From: Ilumatobacteraceae bacterium
GTDB taxonomy: Bacteria; Actinomycetota; Acidimicrobiia; Acidimicrobiales; Ilumatobacteraceae
Assembly (NCBI GenBank): GCA_963695145.1
Contig: CAVOGB010000009.1
Span: forward strand, 437,904 to 501,903
Direction of reading: 5' to 3'
DNA: 64,000 bases
A model generated the notes under the pieces. That model worked only from the letters and a program-made list of their open reading frames with translations. It did no database searches and was not told the DNA's origin. A program made the position numbers and the translations under genes. Below, piece after piece: positions 1-9,247 of the stretch. Every line of letters starts with the position of its first letter. Positions within the stretch are counted from its first letter, which is position 1.

Positions 1-1997
1 CCTACAAGACCTCCGGCATCTTCAACCTCGCCTTCGGCGCCCAGGCCTACGTCTCGGCGGTCGTCTTCTTCAAGACGCACACCGAGTGGGGCTGGCCGAT
101 CCTGCCGGCATTCCTGGTTTCGGTCGTCATCCTCGCGCCGGCCGTCGGCGTCCTGCTCGAATGGTTGGTGTTCCGCCACCTGAGAACCGCGCCGCCGGTC
201 GCCGGCCTCGTGGTGGCCATCGGGCTGACGATCGCCCTCCCGGCGATCGTCGACATCGTGATGAACTTCGAGCCCAAGACGGGCGCGGCCATCGAAGGGC
301 TCGCCCCGCGCGGCAACAACGTCTTCTACGACGTGTGGGACATCTACTCGTTCAGCCGCAACGAGCTCGTGGCGATGGTCGTCGCCCTCGCGGCCACGGT
401 CGGCCTGGCGCTGCTGTTCAAGTTCACCGTGATCGGTCTGCGGATGCGCGCCGTCGTCGAGAGCCCGCGGATGACCGAGCTCAACGGCATCAACGCCGAC
501 CGGGTCTCGACGGCGGCCTGGGCCCTGTCGTCGTTCTTCGCCGGTCTCGCCGGCGTCCTCATCGCCCCCCGCTTCACCTCGCTCGCCGCGGGCGAGTTCT
601 TCAACATCGTCGTCGTCGCCATCGCCGCCGCCGCCGTCGGGTATCTCGTCAGCCTGCCGCGGGCGTTCCTCGGCGGGCTCGGACTGGGCATCCTCATCGC
701 CCTGTTCAACACGTTCATCCCCAAGTGGAGCAACGACCTCACGTGGCTCCGCCCGATCCAGAGCAACCTCACGCCGGCGATCCCGTTCATCGTGCTGTTC
801 GGCATCCTCGTGTTCTCGCCGAAGGTGCGCCAGACCCAGCGGGCGAGTGATCCGCTCTCGGGCGTCGATCCACCCCCGTCCTCGCAGACCCATGTCGCCA
901 CCGACCCGAAGCGCGTCACGATCCAGCGCGTGCTCGGCACCGCGTTCATCGTGGCCTGCGGCGTCGTGCTGTTCACCAGGGGCGACACGGTGTGGATCTT
1001 CCTCGCCACGCAAGCCGTCGCGCTGGCGATCGTGTTCCTGTCGATCACCGTGATGACCGGCATCGGCGGCCACATCTCCCTGTGCCAGGGCGCCTTCGCC
1101 GCCATCGGCGCGTTCACCGTGTTCCAGCTCGCCGATCGCTTCGACACGCCCGTGCTCGTCGCCGCCCTCATCGGCGCGGTCATCGCGGCGGTCGTCGGCG
1201 CGCTCCTCTCGCTGCCGCTCCTGCGGCTCAACGGCATCTGGATCGCCATCGCCACCCTCGCCTTCGCGTTCTTCTTCAACGCGGTGATGGTCAAGTTCTC
1301 GTGGGTCGGCGGTTCGGCGAGCGGCGCCGCGGCGTCGCTGCCCGTCCCGCGTCCCGTGCTCGGCCCCTGGGATTTCGACAACGACAAGGTCTTCCTCGCC
1401 CTGGTGCTGATCGTCCTCGTGATCGCCACCGTGGCGGTCACGCTGTTCGGTCTGTCCACCACCGGACGCACGCTCAAGGCGGTCCGCGGCAGTGAAGTGG
1501 CCGCACAGTCGATCGGCATCTCCCCCGCCCGAGCGCGCATCATCGCCTTCTCCGTGTCGGCGTTCGTCGCCGCCATCGGCGGTGCGATGCTGGCGCTCCA
1601 ACAGAAGGCGGTGAACTACGACAACAACTTCTCCCCCTTCGGCGCGCTCTTCTGGCTCGTTCTCGTCGTCACGTTCGGCGCCCGCACGCCGGCGGGAGCG
1701 CTGTACGGCGCCGCCGCGTTCGGACTGATGAACAAGATCTTCCTCGAGGGCACGTTCCTCGGCTGGATCCTGCGCGATCCGGGCCGCATCCCCGGCTTCT
1801 TCCCGATCTCGCCGAAGTGGCGTTTCATCCTGTTCGGCCTCGGCACGATCCAGTACGCCAAGCATCCGGAGGGCGTCATCGAGATGACGAGGGCCAGATC
1901 CGCCGAGAGACGGGCGAAGAAGGCCGCCAAACGGGCCGCTGCCGCGGCCGCCGTGACGGCCGAGTCGACCTCCCAGATCGAGGAGCCGGTGTCGTGA
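1..1997 (+). CDS. Liv-type (HAAT family) ABC transporter permease, fused LivH+LivM-like; 5' end lies outside the window
   Basis: Frame 3 is open from the window edge (YKTSGIFNLAFGAQAY...) into ORF 165..1997. The product is more than 600 aa of repeated hydrophobic TM segments. Its TGA (1995-1997) overlaps the GTG of the next gene. Two ABC ATPases and a binding protein follow. Confidence 0.8.
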   Translation, partial: YKTSGIFNLAFGAQAYVSAVVFFKTHTEWGWPILPAFLVSVVILAPAVGVLLEWLVFRHLRTAPPVAGLVVAIGLTIALPAIVDIVMNFEPKTGAAIEGLAPRGNNVFYDVWDIYSFSRNELVAMVVALAATVGLALLFKFTVIGLRMRAVVESPRMTELNGINADRVSTAAWALSSFFAGLAGVLIAPRFTSLAAGEFFNIVVVAIAAAAVGYLVSLPRAFLGGLGLGILIALFNTFIPKWSNDLTWLRPIQSNLTPAIPFIVLFGILVFSPKVRQTQRASDPLSGVDPPPSSQTHVATDPKRVTIQRVLGTAFIVACGVVLFTRGDTVWIFLATQAVALAIVFLSITVMTGIGGHISLCQGAFAAIGAFTVFQLADRFDTPVLVAALIGAVIAAVVGALLSLPLLRLNGIWIAIATLAFAFFFNAVMVKFSWVGGSASGAAASLPVPRPVLGPWDFDNDKVFLALVLIVLVIATVAVTLFGLSTTGRTLKAVRGSEVAAQSIGISPARARIIAFSVSAFVAAIGGAMLALQQKAVNYDNNFSPFGALFWLVLVVTFGARTPAGALYGAAAFGLMNKIFLEGTFLGWILRDPGRIPGFFPISPKWRFILFGLGTIQYAKHPEGVIEMTRARSAERRAKKAAKRAAAAAAVTAESTSQIEEPVS

Positions 1998-2764
1998 CCG
2001 CCCTCCTGCGCACCCGCGGTGTCCGCAAGAACTTCGCCGGCATCGTCGCCCTCGACGACGTCGACATCGACGTCGAACCGGGCGAACGTGTCGGCCTGAT
2101 CGGACCCAACGGGGCCGGCAAGACGACGTTCTTCAATTGCATCCTCGGCGTGATCGGCATCGACGGCGGCCAAGTGGAATTCGACGGTGTCGACATCTCC
2201 GGCCGCCGCGTGCACGAGCGGGCCCGGCTCGGGATCGGCCGCACGTTCCAACGGATCGAACTCTTCCCCGATTCGACCGTGCGGGACCACCTCGTCATCG
2301 CCGACCGCGCCCGGCGCAGGGAACGCAAGTGGTTCAGCGACATCCGGCTGCTCGGCGCGCCGCGCGTCGACGAGTTGACACGCACCGACGAGATCCTCGA
2401 ACTCCTCGGCCTGCGCGACCTGGCCGACGAACCGATCGAACGCCTGAGCCTCGGACAGGGCCGCCTGGTCGAGGTCGGCCGGGCGTTGATGACCCAGCCG
2501 CGGCTGATGCTGCTCGACGAACCGTCGTCCGGGCTGGATCGCAGCGAGACGGCGGCGCTCGCCAAGACGCTGCGCGAGGTGCAGGAACACCGTGGGTTCG
2601 CCATCCTGCTCGTGGAGCACGACATCGAACTCGTCGCCTCGTTCACGCAGCGCAGCTACCTGCTCGACTTCGGGCGGATGCTCGTGTCCGGCACGACGGC
2701 CGAGGTGATGGCGAGCACCGAGATGCGCCACGCCTATCTCGGCGACCTGGAGGTGCCGACGTGA
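1994..2764 (+). CDS. ABC transporter ATP-binding protein (LivG-like)
   Basis: GTG at 1994 overlaps the upstream stop (GTGA). Walker A GPNGAGKTT, signature LSLGQGR and Walker B LMLLDEPSSGLD are present. Confidence 0.9.
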   Translation: MTALLRTRGVRKNFAGIVALDDVDIDVEPGERVGLIGPNGAGKTTFFNCILGVIGIDGGQVEFDGVDISGRRVHERARLGIGRTFQRIELFPDSTVRDHLVIADRARRRERKWFSDIRLLGAPRVDELTRTDEILELLGLRDLADEPIERLSLGQGRLVEVGRALMTQPRLMLLDEPSSGLDRSETAALAKTLREVQEHRGFAILLVEHDIELVASFTQRSYLLDFGRMLVSGTTAEVMASTEMRHAYLGDLEVPT

Positions 2765-3510
2765 GCGCCGCGCTCGAGTTCCGCAACGTCGATGCCGCGT
2801 ACGGCGCGTTCCGGGCACTGTTCGACGTCTCGATCACGATCGGTGCGAGCGAGGCGATCGCCCTGGTCGGACCGAACGGCGCCGGCAAGACGACGATCGC
2901 CCGCGTCGCCTCGGGGCTGATCGCCCCCTCGTCCGGTCAGATCTTCGTCGACGGCCAGGACGTCACCGGATCGCCGGCGTACGCCTTCGCCCGCGCCGGT
3001 GTCGCCCACGCCCCGGAGGGCCGATCCGTGTTCGGCACGCTCACCGTCGAGGAGAACCTCGTGCTGTCGATCAACCGGATCCGCGGGCGCAAGGGTGTGC
3101 GGGCCGGCCTCGACGCGGCGTACGACCTGTTCCCGCGTCTCGCCGAGCGCCGTGCCCAGACGGCGGGCACGCTGTCGGGCGGCGAACAGCGGATGCTGGC
3201 GATGGCCCGCGTGCTCGTCGACGCTCCCAAACTGCTCATCGCCGACGAACTCTCGCTCGGCCTCGCGCCGACGATCGTCGACCGCACGTACGAATCGCTC
3301 GCCGCCCTGCGCACCGCCGGCACCGCGCTGCTCGTGATCGAACAGCACGTGTCGCACGCCCTCGCCCTGTGCGATCGGGTCGTCGTGATGGAACACGGCA
3401 CGGCGGCCTGGTCCGGCCGAGCGGAGGACGCCAACGAACGGGTCCAGGCGTTCCTCTACGCCGGCGCCGACGGTGTCCCCCACGACGGCGACACCGCACC
3501 GCCGATCTGA
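2761..3510 (+). CDS. ABC transporter ATP-binding protein (LivF-like)
   Basis: GTG at 2761 overlaps the upstream stop (GTGA). Walker A GPNGAGKTT, signature LSGGEQRML and Walker B LLIADELSLGL are present. Confidence 0.9.
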   Translation: MSAALEFRNVDAAYGAFRALFDVSITIGASEAIALVGPNGAGKTTIARVASGLIAPSSGQIFVDGQDVTGSPAYAFARAGVAHAPEGRSVFGTLTVEENLVLSINRIRGRKGVRAGLDAAYDLFPRLAERRAQTAGTLSGGEQRMLAMARVLVDAPKLLIADELSLGLAPTIVDRTYESLAALRTAGTALLVIEQHVSHALALCDRVVVMEHGTAAWSGRAEDANERVQAFLYAGADGVPHDGDTAPPI

Positions 3511-3568
3511 TCGGCGATCCCACTGGGCGGTCTGCGTGACCGGTTTGTGACCGCACTTCTCCGTCCCG

Positions 3569-3583
3569 GAGAGTATGGTTCTC
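3569..3583. promoter_or_regulatory. Candidate operator dyad GAGAGTATGGTTCTC (site 1 of 9)
   Basis: The 15-bp imperfect palindrome lies in an AT-richer island about 50 nt upstream of the binding-protein ATG. It shares GARART-N3-RTTCTC with eight other promoter sites. Confidence 0.45.
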
Positions 3584-3632
3584 GTCACGTGGTCCGAAAC
3601 GGGGGACCACCTATCACTGAGGGGGATGGTTG

Positions 3633-5111
3633 ATGATCAACACTCGGAGGCGGCTGCCTGCATCGAGGTCGCGCCGCCTGGCCGTCGCGCTGACCGTCGG
3701 GGGTCTGTTGCTCGCGGCGTGCAGCAACTCGAGCGACGACTCGGCGACGACGGCGGCACCGGCCGGCACGGAAGCCGCCGACACGACACCGGCCGACACG
3801 ACCGCCGACACCACCGCCGAGACGACCGCCGACACCACGGCCGACACGACCGCGGACACCACGGCCGACACCACACCGGCCGACACCACACCGGACGTCG
3901 GCACGTTCGAGGCGATCACGGGCGTCCCGGGCGTCACCGACGACGCGATCAACTTCGCCGTGCTCGGCACCGGGCCGTCGAACCCGCTCGGCTACTGCCT
4001 GCTCGAGTGCTACCAGGGCGGCGTCCAGGCCTACTTCGACTACCAGAACAGCCTCGGCGGCGTGAACGGCCGCCAGTTGGCGATCAGCCGCGTCGACGAC
4101 GACGAGGTCGGCAACACCCAGGTCAAGTCGTTGGAACTGATCGGCGACGACACGATCTTCGGGATCTTCGGCGCACCGCTGCAATACGCCGGCTTCACCG
4201 ACATCGGCGCCGCGGGCGTGCCGCTGTACACGACGTTCCCCGCGGCCGGTGACGTGAACGGCTTCGAGAGCAGCTACATCCCGGTCGGGACCCAGTGCGT
4301 CGAGTGTGCCAGCCCGGCCAGCATCTGGGGTGCCAAGGTGGCCGGCGGGACGAAGGCCGCCTCGATCGGCTACGGCGTGTCGCAGGCGTCGAAGGACTGT
4401 GTCGATCGGGCCGAATCGGAGTTCGCCACGTGGGGCGCCGACGCCGGCGTCGAGTTCGTGTACAAGAACAACGACCTGCCCTTCGGTTTCCCCAACGGCC
4501 TCGGACCGGAGGTCACCGCCATGAAGGATGCCGGCGTCGACTACATCACCACCTGCATCGACCAGAACGGTGTGCTGACGCTCGAACAGGAACTCCAGCG
4601 CCAGGGGATGGACAACGTCATCGTCGCCCTGCCGCAGGGATACGGCGACACGGAGTACTTCTCCACGAACGCCGACCTGCTCGAAGGCGACATCATCTCG
4701 ATCCCCTACCGGCCGATGGAGGCCGATCCGGCCTACCCGGCGGTGAAGACGATGCTCGACGCGTTCGCCGCCAGCGGCGTGCAGATCAACGACTACGCCA
4801 TCCAGGGCTGGCTCGGGGCACAGCTGGCGGCGACCGGCATCCTGGCCGCGGGACCGCAGTTCGACCGGGCGAGCACCGTGGCCGCCACGAACGCCATCAC
4901 CGACTACGACGCCGGCGGCATGTTCCATCCGGTCGACTGGTCGACGGCGCACACCGCACCGTCGGAGGGCGACACCTACACGCAGTGCTTCTCGTACCTC
5001 AAGGTGCAGAGCGGCACGTTGGTGATGGCCTCCGATCCGGCCCTGCCGTTCGACTGCTTCGACTTCCCGTTCACCACGTGGACGGAACCGACCCCGACCA
5101 CGTTCGACTGA
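3633..5111 (+). CDS. ABC transporter substrate-binding lipoprotein (LivJ/Leu-Ile-Val-binding family-like)
   Basis: ATG 3633 follows the RBS GAGGGGGA. It has a signal peptide with lipobox LLLAAC, then a Thr/Ala/Asp repeat linker, then a periplasmic-binding-protein-like body. It is the last gene of the liv-type operon. Confidence 0.8.
   Translation: MINTRRRLPASRSRRLAVALTVGGLLLAACSNSSDDSATTAAPAGTEAADTTPADTTADTTAETTADTTADTTADTTADTTPADTTPDVGTFEAITGVPGVTDDAINFAVLGTGPSNPLGYCLLECYQGGVQAYFDYQNSLGGVNGRQLAISRVDDDEVGNTQVKSLELIGDDTIFGIFGAPLQYAGFTDIGAAGVPLYTTFPAAGDVNGFESSYIPVGTQCVECASPASIWGAKVAGGTKAASIGYGVSQASKDCVDRAESEFATWGADAGVEFVYKNNDLPFGFPNGLGPEVTAMKDAGVDYITTCIDQNGVLTLEQELQRQGMDNVIVALPQGYGDTEYFSTNADLLEGDIISIPYRPMEADPAYPAVKTMLDAFAASGVQINDYAIQGWLGAQLAATGILAAGPQFDRASTVAATNAITDYDAGGMFHPVDWSTAHTAPSEGDTYTQCFSYLKVQSGTLVMASDPALPFDCFDFPFTTWTEPTPTTFD
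3774..3896 (+). repeat. In-frame 12-nt (occasionally 15-nt) tandem repeat encoding (P)ADTT about 9 times
   Basis: gccgacacgacc-type units read directly; the protein reads AADTTPADTTADTTAETTADTTADTTADTTADTTPADTTPD immediately after the lipobox. Confidence 0.9.
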
Positions 5112-5130
5112 TCCACGCGGCGTTCTCCTG

Positions 5131-5160
5131 CCGGGCGGCACTCCTGGGAGTGCCGCCCGG
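5131..5160 (+). terminator. GC-rich hairpin after the binding-protein gene
   Basis: ccgggcggcactcc-tg-ggagtgccgcccgg has perfectly complementary 14-nt arms and starts 20 nt after the stop at 5111. No clear U tract follows. Confidence 0.5.
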
Positions 5161-5199
5161 TGCGCGTCACGGTCGATGTCCGGTTTGCTCGCGGGCCGC

Positions 5200-5214
5200 G
5201 GAAATGGTATTCTC
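5200..5214. promoter_or_regulatory. Candidate operator dyad GGAAATGGTATTCTC (site 2 of 9)
   Basis: It lies in the AT-richer stretch gaaatggtattctcctaaaacggaaacc, about 73 nt upstream of the Rieske oxygenase ATG. Confidence 0.45.
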
Positions 5215-5287
5215 CTAAAACGGAAACCTCACTCGTATCGGAACGCTGCCCGGCCACCCCGGGCGCCGCGTGACATCAGGAGCACAC

Positions 5288-6601
5288 ATGCCGAAATTCC
5301 CGAAGCCCGTCGAAGGTAGTTGGACCGAGCACTATCCGGGTCTCGGTACGGCTCCGGTGCCGTATGAGGATTCGTATGATCCTGGGTATTGGCAGCAGGA
5401 GATCGACACGATCTTCACGAAGGAATGGTTGAACGTGGGGCGTGTCGAGCAGCTCCCGCGGGTGGGGAGCTATTTCACCAAGGAGTTCGCTTGGGCGAAG
5501 CGCAGCATCATCATCGTCAAGGATCGTGATGGCACGGTGCGCGCGTTCCACAATGTGTGCCGGCATCGGGGCAACAAGTTGGTGTGGGACGACTATCCGC
5601 AGGAGGAGACGTCGGGGACGTGTCGCCAGTTCACGTGCAAGTACCACGCTTGGCGGTATGACCTGGACGGCAGTTTGAACTTTGTGCAGCAGGAGTCGGA
5701 GTTCTTCGATCTCGACAAGGAGAACCTGGGTCTGGTGCCGGTGGCGTGTGATGTGTGGGAAGGGTTCATCTTCGTCAATCTCGATGATGAGCCGGCCCAG
5801 ACGTTGACGGAGGCGTTGCATCCGTTCAGTGAGGGTCTGGCTGGTTACCCGTTCGGTGCGATGACCCAGGTGTACCGGGCGAAGTCGGAGGTGAAGGCGA
5901 ACTGGAAGTTGTTCATCGATGCCTTCATCGAGTTCTACCACGCCCCGATTTTGCACATGAAGCAGGCCACCGCGGAGGAGGCTCAGAAGCTGGCCGGGTA
6001 CGGGTTCGAGGCGTTGCATTACGACATCTTCAGCCCGCATTCGGTGGTGTCGTCGTGGGGTGGGATGGCTCCGCCGAAGGATCCGAGCATCGTCAAGCCG
6101 TCGGAGAACGCGATGCGCAGCGGCCTGTTCGGGCCGTGGGACAAGCCGGAGGTGATCAACAACAACGAGAACCTGCCGCCGCTGGTCAACCCGGCCCGCC
6201 ACAAGGCGTGGGGCACCGACACGTTCATGGTGTGGCCGAACATGATGATCCTGATCTGGGAGCCGGGTTGGTATCTCACGTACCATTACTGGCCGACCGG
6301 TCCGAGCGAGCACCTGTTCGAGACGGCGTTGTATTTCGTGCCACCGAAGAACGCCGGTGACCGCATCGCCCAGGAGATGGCGTTCTCGACGTTCAAGGAG
6401 TACGCCTTCCAGGACGCCAACACCCTCGAGGCCACCCAGTCGATGATCGAGACCGGCGTCGTCAAGACGTTCGTGCTCAACGACCAAGAAGTGCTGTGCC
6501 GCCACCACCACGCCGCGGTGCGCGCCCAGGTCGAAGCCGGCGGCCGCCCGGCCAGCTATCCGTGGATGCCGGCCGCCACGCCCGAACCGGCCGACGCCTG
6601 A
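5288..6601 (+). CDS. Rieske [2Fe-2S] ring-hydroxylating oxygenase, alpha (catalytic) subunit-like
   Basis: ATG 5288 follows the RBS AGGAG. The Rieske motif is CRHRG...(long spacer)...CKYHAWRY. The C-terminal catalytic domain is of typical length for the family (437 aa total). Confidence 0.85.
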   Translation: MPKFPKPVEGSWTEHYPGLGTAPVPYEDSYDPGYWQQEIDTIFTKEWLNVGRVEQLPRVGSYFTKEFAWAKRSIIIVKDRDGTVRAFHNVCRHRGNKLVWDDYPQEETSGTCRQFTCKYHAWRYDLDGSLNFVQQESEFFDLDKENLGLVPVACDVWEGFIFVNLDDEPAQTLTEALHPFSEGLAGYPFGAMTQVYRAKSEVKANWKLFIDAFIEFYHAPILHMKQATAEEAQKLAGYGFEALHYDIFSPHSVVSSWGGMAPPKDPSIVKPSENAMRSGLFGPWDKPEVINNNENLPPLVNPARHKAWGTDTFMVWPNMMILIWEPGWYLTYHYWPTGPSEHLFETALYFVPPKNAGDRIAQEMAFSTFKEYAFQDANTLEATQSMIETGVVKTFVLNDQEVLCRHHHAAVRAQVEAGGRPASYPWMPAATPEPADA

Positions 6602-6617
6602 AACGCAGGAGAACCCC

Positions 6618-7001
6618 ATGACCGACACCCTTTCCCCGACCGTCACCCCTGTCTTCGTCGCTACAACGCCGGCACCGAAGGAACTGCCCGCCCAGTTCGC
6701 CGACCTCGCACCGTTCACCGACTGGATCTTCGACACGTGGCGCCCGCGTTATGAGAAGCGGCTGGCGTCGACGATGGACGAGATGCAAGCGTTCTACGAC
6801 GCGATCCTGCCGCGCATGGCCGACATCATCGACTACGCCAACGGGTTCGACATCGACGACCTGCCCGACGACGTCCGCAACCTGCTGCTGTTGACGTTCG
6901 CCTTCTGCGAAGCGTCGTTCCCCGTCGAAGCCTGGCGTCAACCACGCGTGCCCGACAGCGGCGCCGCCGACATCACCATGGTCAGCGAACCACCCCTCTG
7001 A
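6618..7001 (+). CDS. Hypothetical protein, 127 aa, coupled to the Rieske oxygenase
   Basis: ATG 6618 follows the RBS AGGAG, 16 nt after the Rieske stop. Codon usage is coding-like. I recognise no family. Confidence 0.55.
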   Translation: MTDTLSPTVTPVFVATTPAPKELPAQFADLAPFTDWIFDTWRPRYEKRLASTMDEMQAFYDAILPRMADIIDYANGFDIDDLPDDVRNLLLLTFAFCEASFPVEAWRQPRVPDSGAADITMVSEPPL

Positions 7002-7031
7002 CCCGACGCGTCGGAACTTTCGATCGACTCG

Positions 7032-8174
7032 ATGGACATCGGCACGTTCCGCCAGGAACTGACCGCGTGGCTCGACGCCCACGCTGACGAGCTGGCACCA
7101 CCCTTCGCGGGCAACGGCACGCTCGACGAACAGATGGCCCAGTACCGCCTGGTGAAGGGCGCGCTCTGGGACGCCGACTTCGGACGCTACGGCTGGCCCG
7201 AACCGGTCGGCGGGCTCGGTGGCCCCACGATGTTCCGCGCCGTCGTCGGCGAGGAGATCGCCGGCCGGGAACTCGCCGACCCGAGCATCTGGACGATGAT
7301 CGAGGTGCTCGCCCCGACGATCAGCGCGTTCGGTTCGCCCGAACTCGTCGCCGACATGGTGCCGCGCTTCCTGCGCGGCGAGGAGCTGTGGTGCCAGGGC
7401 TTCTCCGAGCCGGGCGCCGGCAGCGACCTCGCCTCGCTCACGTGTCGGGCCGAGGCCGTCGACGGCGGATGGCGCATCAACGGCCAGAAGGTCTGGACGA
7501 GCTACGCCCAGTACGCACAGCGCTGCGTGCTGCTCGCCCGCACCGGCGAACCCGGCAGCGCCCACCGCGGCATCACCGCATTCTTCGTCGACATGGACTC
7601 GCCCGGCATCTCCCCGAGCCCGATCGAGGCCCAGCACGGCCGCCTCGAGTTCGCCGAGGTGTTCTACGACGACGTGTTCGTGCCCGACGAGCGCCGGCTC
7701 GGCGACGTCGGCCAGGGGTGGCAGGTGGCGATGGACGTGCTGCCGTACGAGCGCTCGACCACGTTCTGGCACCGCGGCGCCCACCTCCACCACCGCTGCG
7801 ACCAGCTGGTGGCGCGGGTGGCGGACGGAGACGTCGTGCCGGCGACGACGGCCAAGGCGCTCGGCGAAGCGTTCCAAGCGGTCATCGCGTTCCGCAGCCG
7901 GTCGCGTGACACCCAGTTCCGCCTCGCCGCCGGCGAACCGCTCGGTGCCGAGACGTCGATCGACAAGATCCTGATCGCCACCGCCGAGCAGACCCTGCTG
8001 GAAACGGCCCGCGACGTGCTCGGCGGAGTCATCGAGTTCGACGACGACACGTTCGCCGACCGCTGGCGCGAGGAGTACCTCTACTCCAAGGCGGCCACGA
8101 TCTACGGCGGCACGTCGGAGATCCAACGCAACATCGTCGCCCGTCGCCTGCTCGACCTCGGAGCCGAGTCGTGA
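7032..8174 (+). CDS. Acyl-CoA dehydrogenase, catalytic-type subunit of an alpha/beta pair
   Basis: ACAD N-terminal, middle and C-terminal domains are recognisable. WCQGFSEPGAGSDL and the catalytic-Glu motif IYGGTSEIQRNIV are present. Confidence 0.9.
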   Translation: MDIGTFRQELTAWLDAHADELAPPFAGNGTLDEQMAQYRLVKGALWDADFGRYGWPEPVGGLGGPTMFRAVVGEEIAGRELADPSIWTMIEVLAPTISAFGSPELVADMVPRFLRGEELWCQGFSEPGAGSDLASLTCRAEAVDGGWRINGQKVWTSYAQYAQRCVLLARTGEPGSAHRGITAFFVDMDSPGISPSPIEAQHGRLEFAEVFYDDVFVPDERRLGDVGQGWQVAMDVLPYERSTTFWHRGAHLHHRCDQLVARVADGDVVPATTAKALGEAFQAVIAFRSRSRDTQFRLAAGEPLGAETSIDKILIATAEQTLLETARDVLGGVIEFDDDTFADRWREEYLYSKAATIYGGTSEIQRNIVARRLLDLGAES

Positions 8175-9196
8175 CCGGGATCGACGACGCCGTCCGGGTC
8201 GACGCGGTTCACATCGACGAAGGCGACCTGGCGATGCTCGCCGACGGGTTCTCGTCGGCGATGCTCGCCGCGCCCGGTCCGGGCGAGGCCGACGCCGCGC
8301 TGTACGACCTCGGTTGGGGCGAACTGCTCGCGGCGGCGCCGACTCAGGGCGCGGCGATGGCGTTCACCGCGCTCGGCACGACCGGATCGTCGGCCGCCAT
8401 CGTCGACGACGTGCTCGCCCATGCCCTCGGGCTCGACGTCACGCCGACGACGTGCGTCGTGCTCCCCCGCCCGCACCGGTCGACACCGCCGGCCGGACGC
8501 GACGGCGATGTCATCCGCATCGACGGTCTCGTCTCGGCCCGCATCGACACCGCCGACACGGTCGTCGTCGCCATCGCTGCGGGGCCCGATCACCGCGTGG
8601 AACTCGTCGCCATCGATCCGGACCAGGTGCGAACCGCGCCGGTCGCCGGCCTCGACCCCGGCTCCCCGTACCGCCGACTCGTGATCGACCTGCCCGCCGA
8701 TGCGCTCGGTTCGCGCGGGGACGGGTCCGGAACGAACGGAGCGTGGGAGGCGGCGGTCGCCGCGGGGCGGGTGGCGCTCAGTCACCAGCTGATCGCCGGC
8801 GCACGGTGGATGCTCGACGCGGCGCGGACCCACGCCGTCGACCGCGAGCAGTTCGGTCGATCCGTGGCGTCGTTCCAGGCCGTCCGGCACAAGCTCGCCG
8901 AGTCGCTCGTGGCGATCGAAGGCGCGGCCTCGGTGGCGAACGCCTGCACCGACGACGTCGACCCGCTGCTCGCCGCCGTCGCCAAGTCGCTCGCCGGCAA
9001 GGCGGCGCGCACGACGGCAACGAACGCCCAGCAGGTGCTGGCCGGCATCGGCTTCACGACCGACCACGACTTCCACCGCTGGCTGAAGCGCACGCTCGTG
9101 GTCGACACGATCCTCGGCTCGTCGAGTTCGATCCCGACGGAGATCGGCACCGAGCTCCTCGCTCGCGGTACCGCGCCGCGGCTGCTCGAGTTGTAA
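8171..9196 (+). CDS. Acyl-CoA dehydrogenase family protein, non-catalytic-type partner subunit
   Basis: GTG 8171 overlaps the upstream stop (GTGA). The ACAD C-terminal fold is present (REQFGRSVASFQAVRHKLAE), but the catalytic position reads GIGFTTDHDFHRW with no Glu. Confidence 0.8.
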   Translation: MTGIDDAVRVDAVHIDEGDLAMLADGFSSAMLAAPGPGEADAALYDLGWGELLAAAPTQGAAMAFTALGTTGSSAAIVDDVLAHALGLDVTPTTCVVLPRPHRSTPPAGRDGDVIRIDGLVSARIDTADTVVVAIAAGPDHRVELVAIDPDQVRTAPVAGLDPGSPYRRLVIDLPADALGSRGDGSGTNGAWEAAVAAGRVALSHQLIAGARWMLDAARTHAVDREQFGRSVASFQAVRHKLAESLVAIEGAASVANACTDDVDPLLAAVAKSLAGKAARTTATNAQQVLAGIGFTTDHDFHRWLKRTLVVDTILGSSSSIPTEIGTELLARGTAPRLLEL

Positions 9197-9247
9197 CGCC
9201 GCACCACCGTCCACGACGATGTCGTGGCACACCGACCCGGGGGACCC

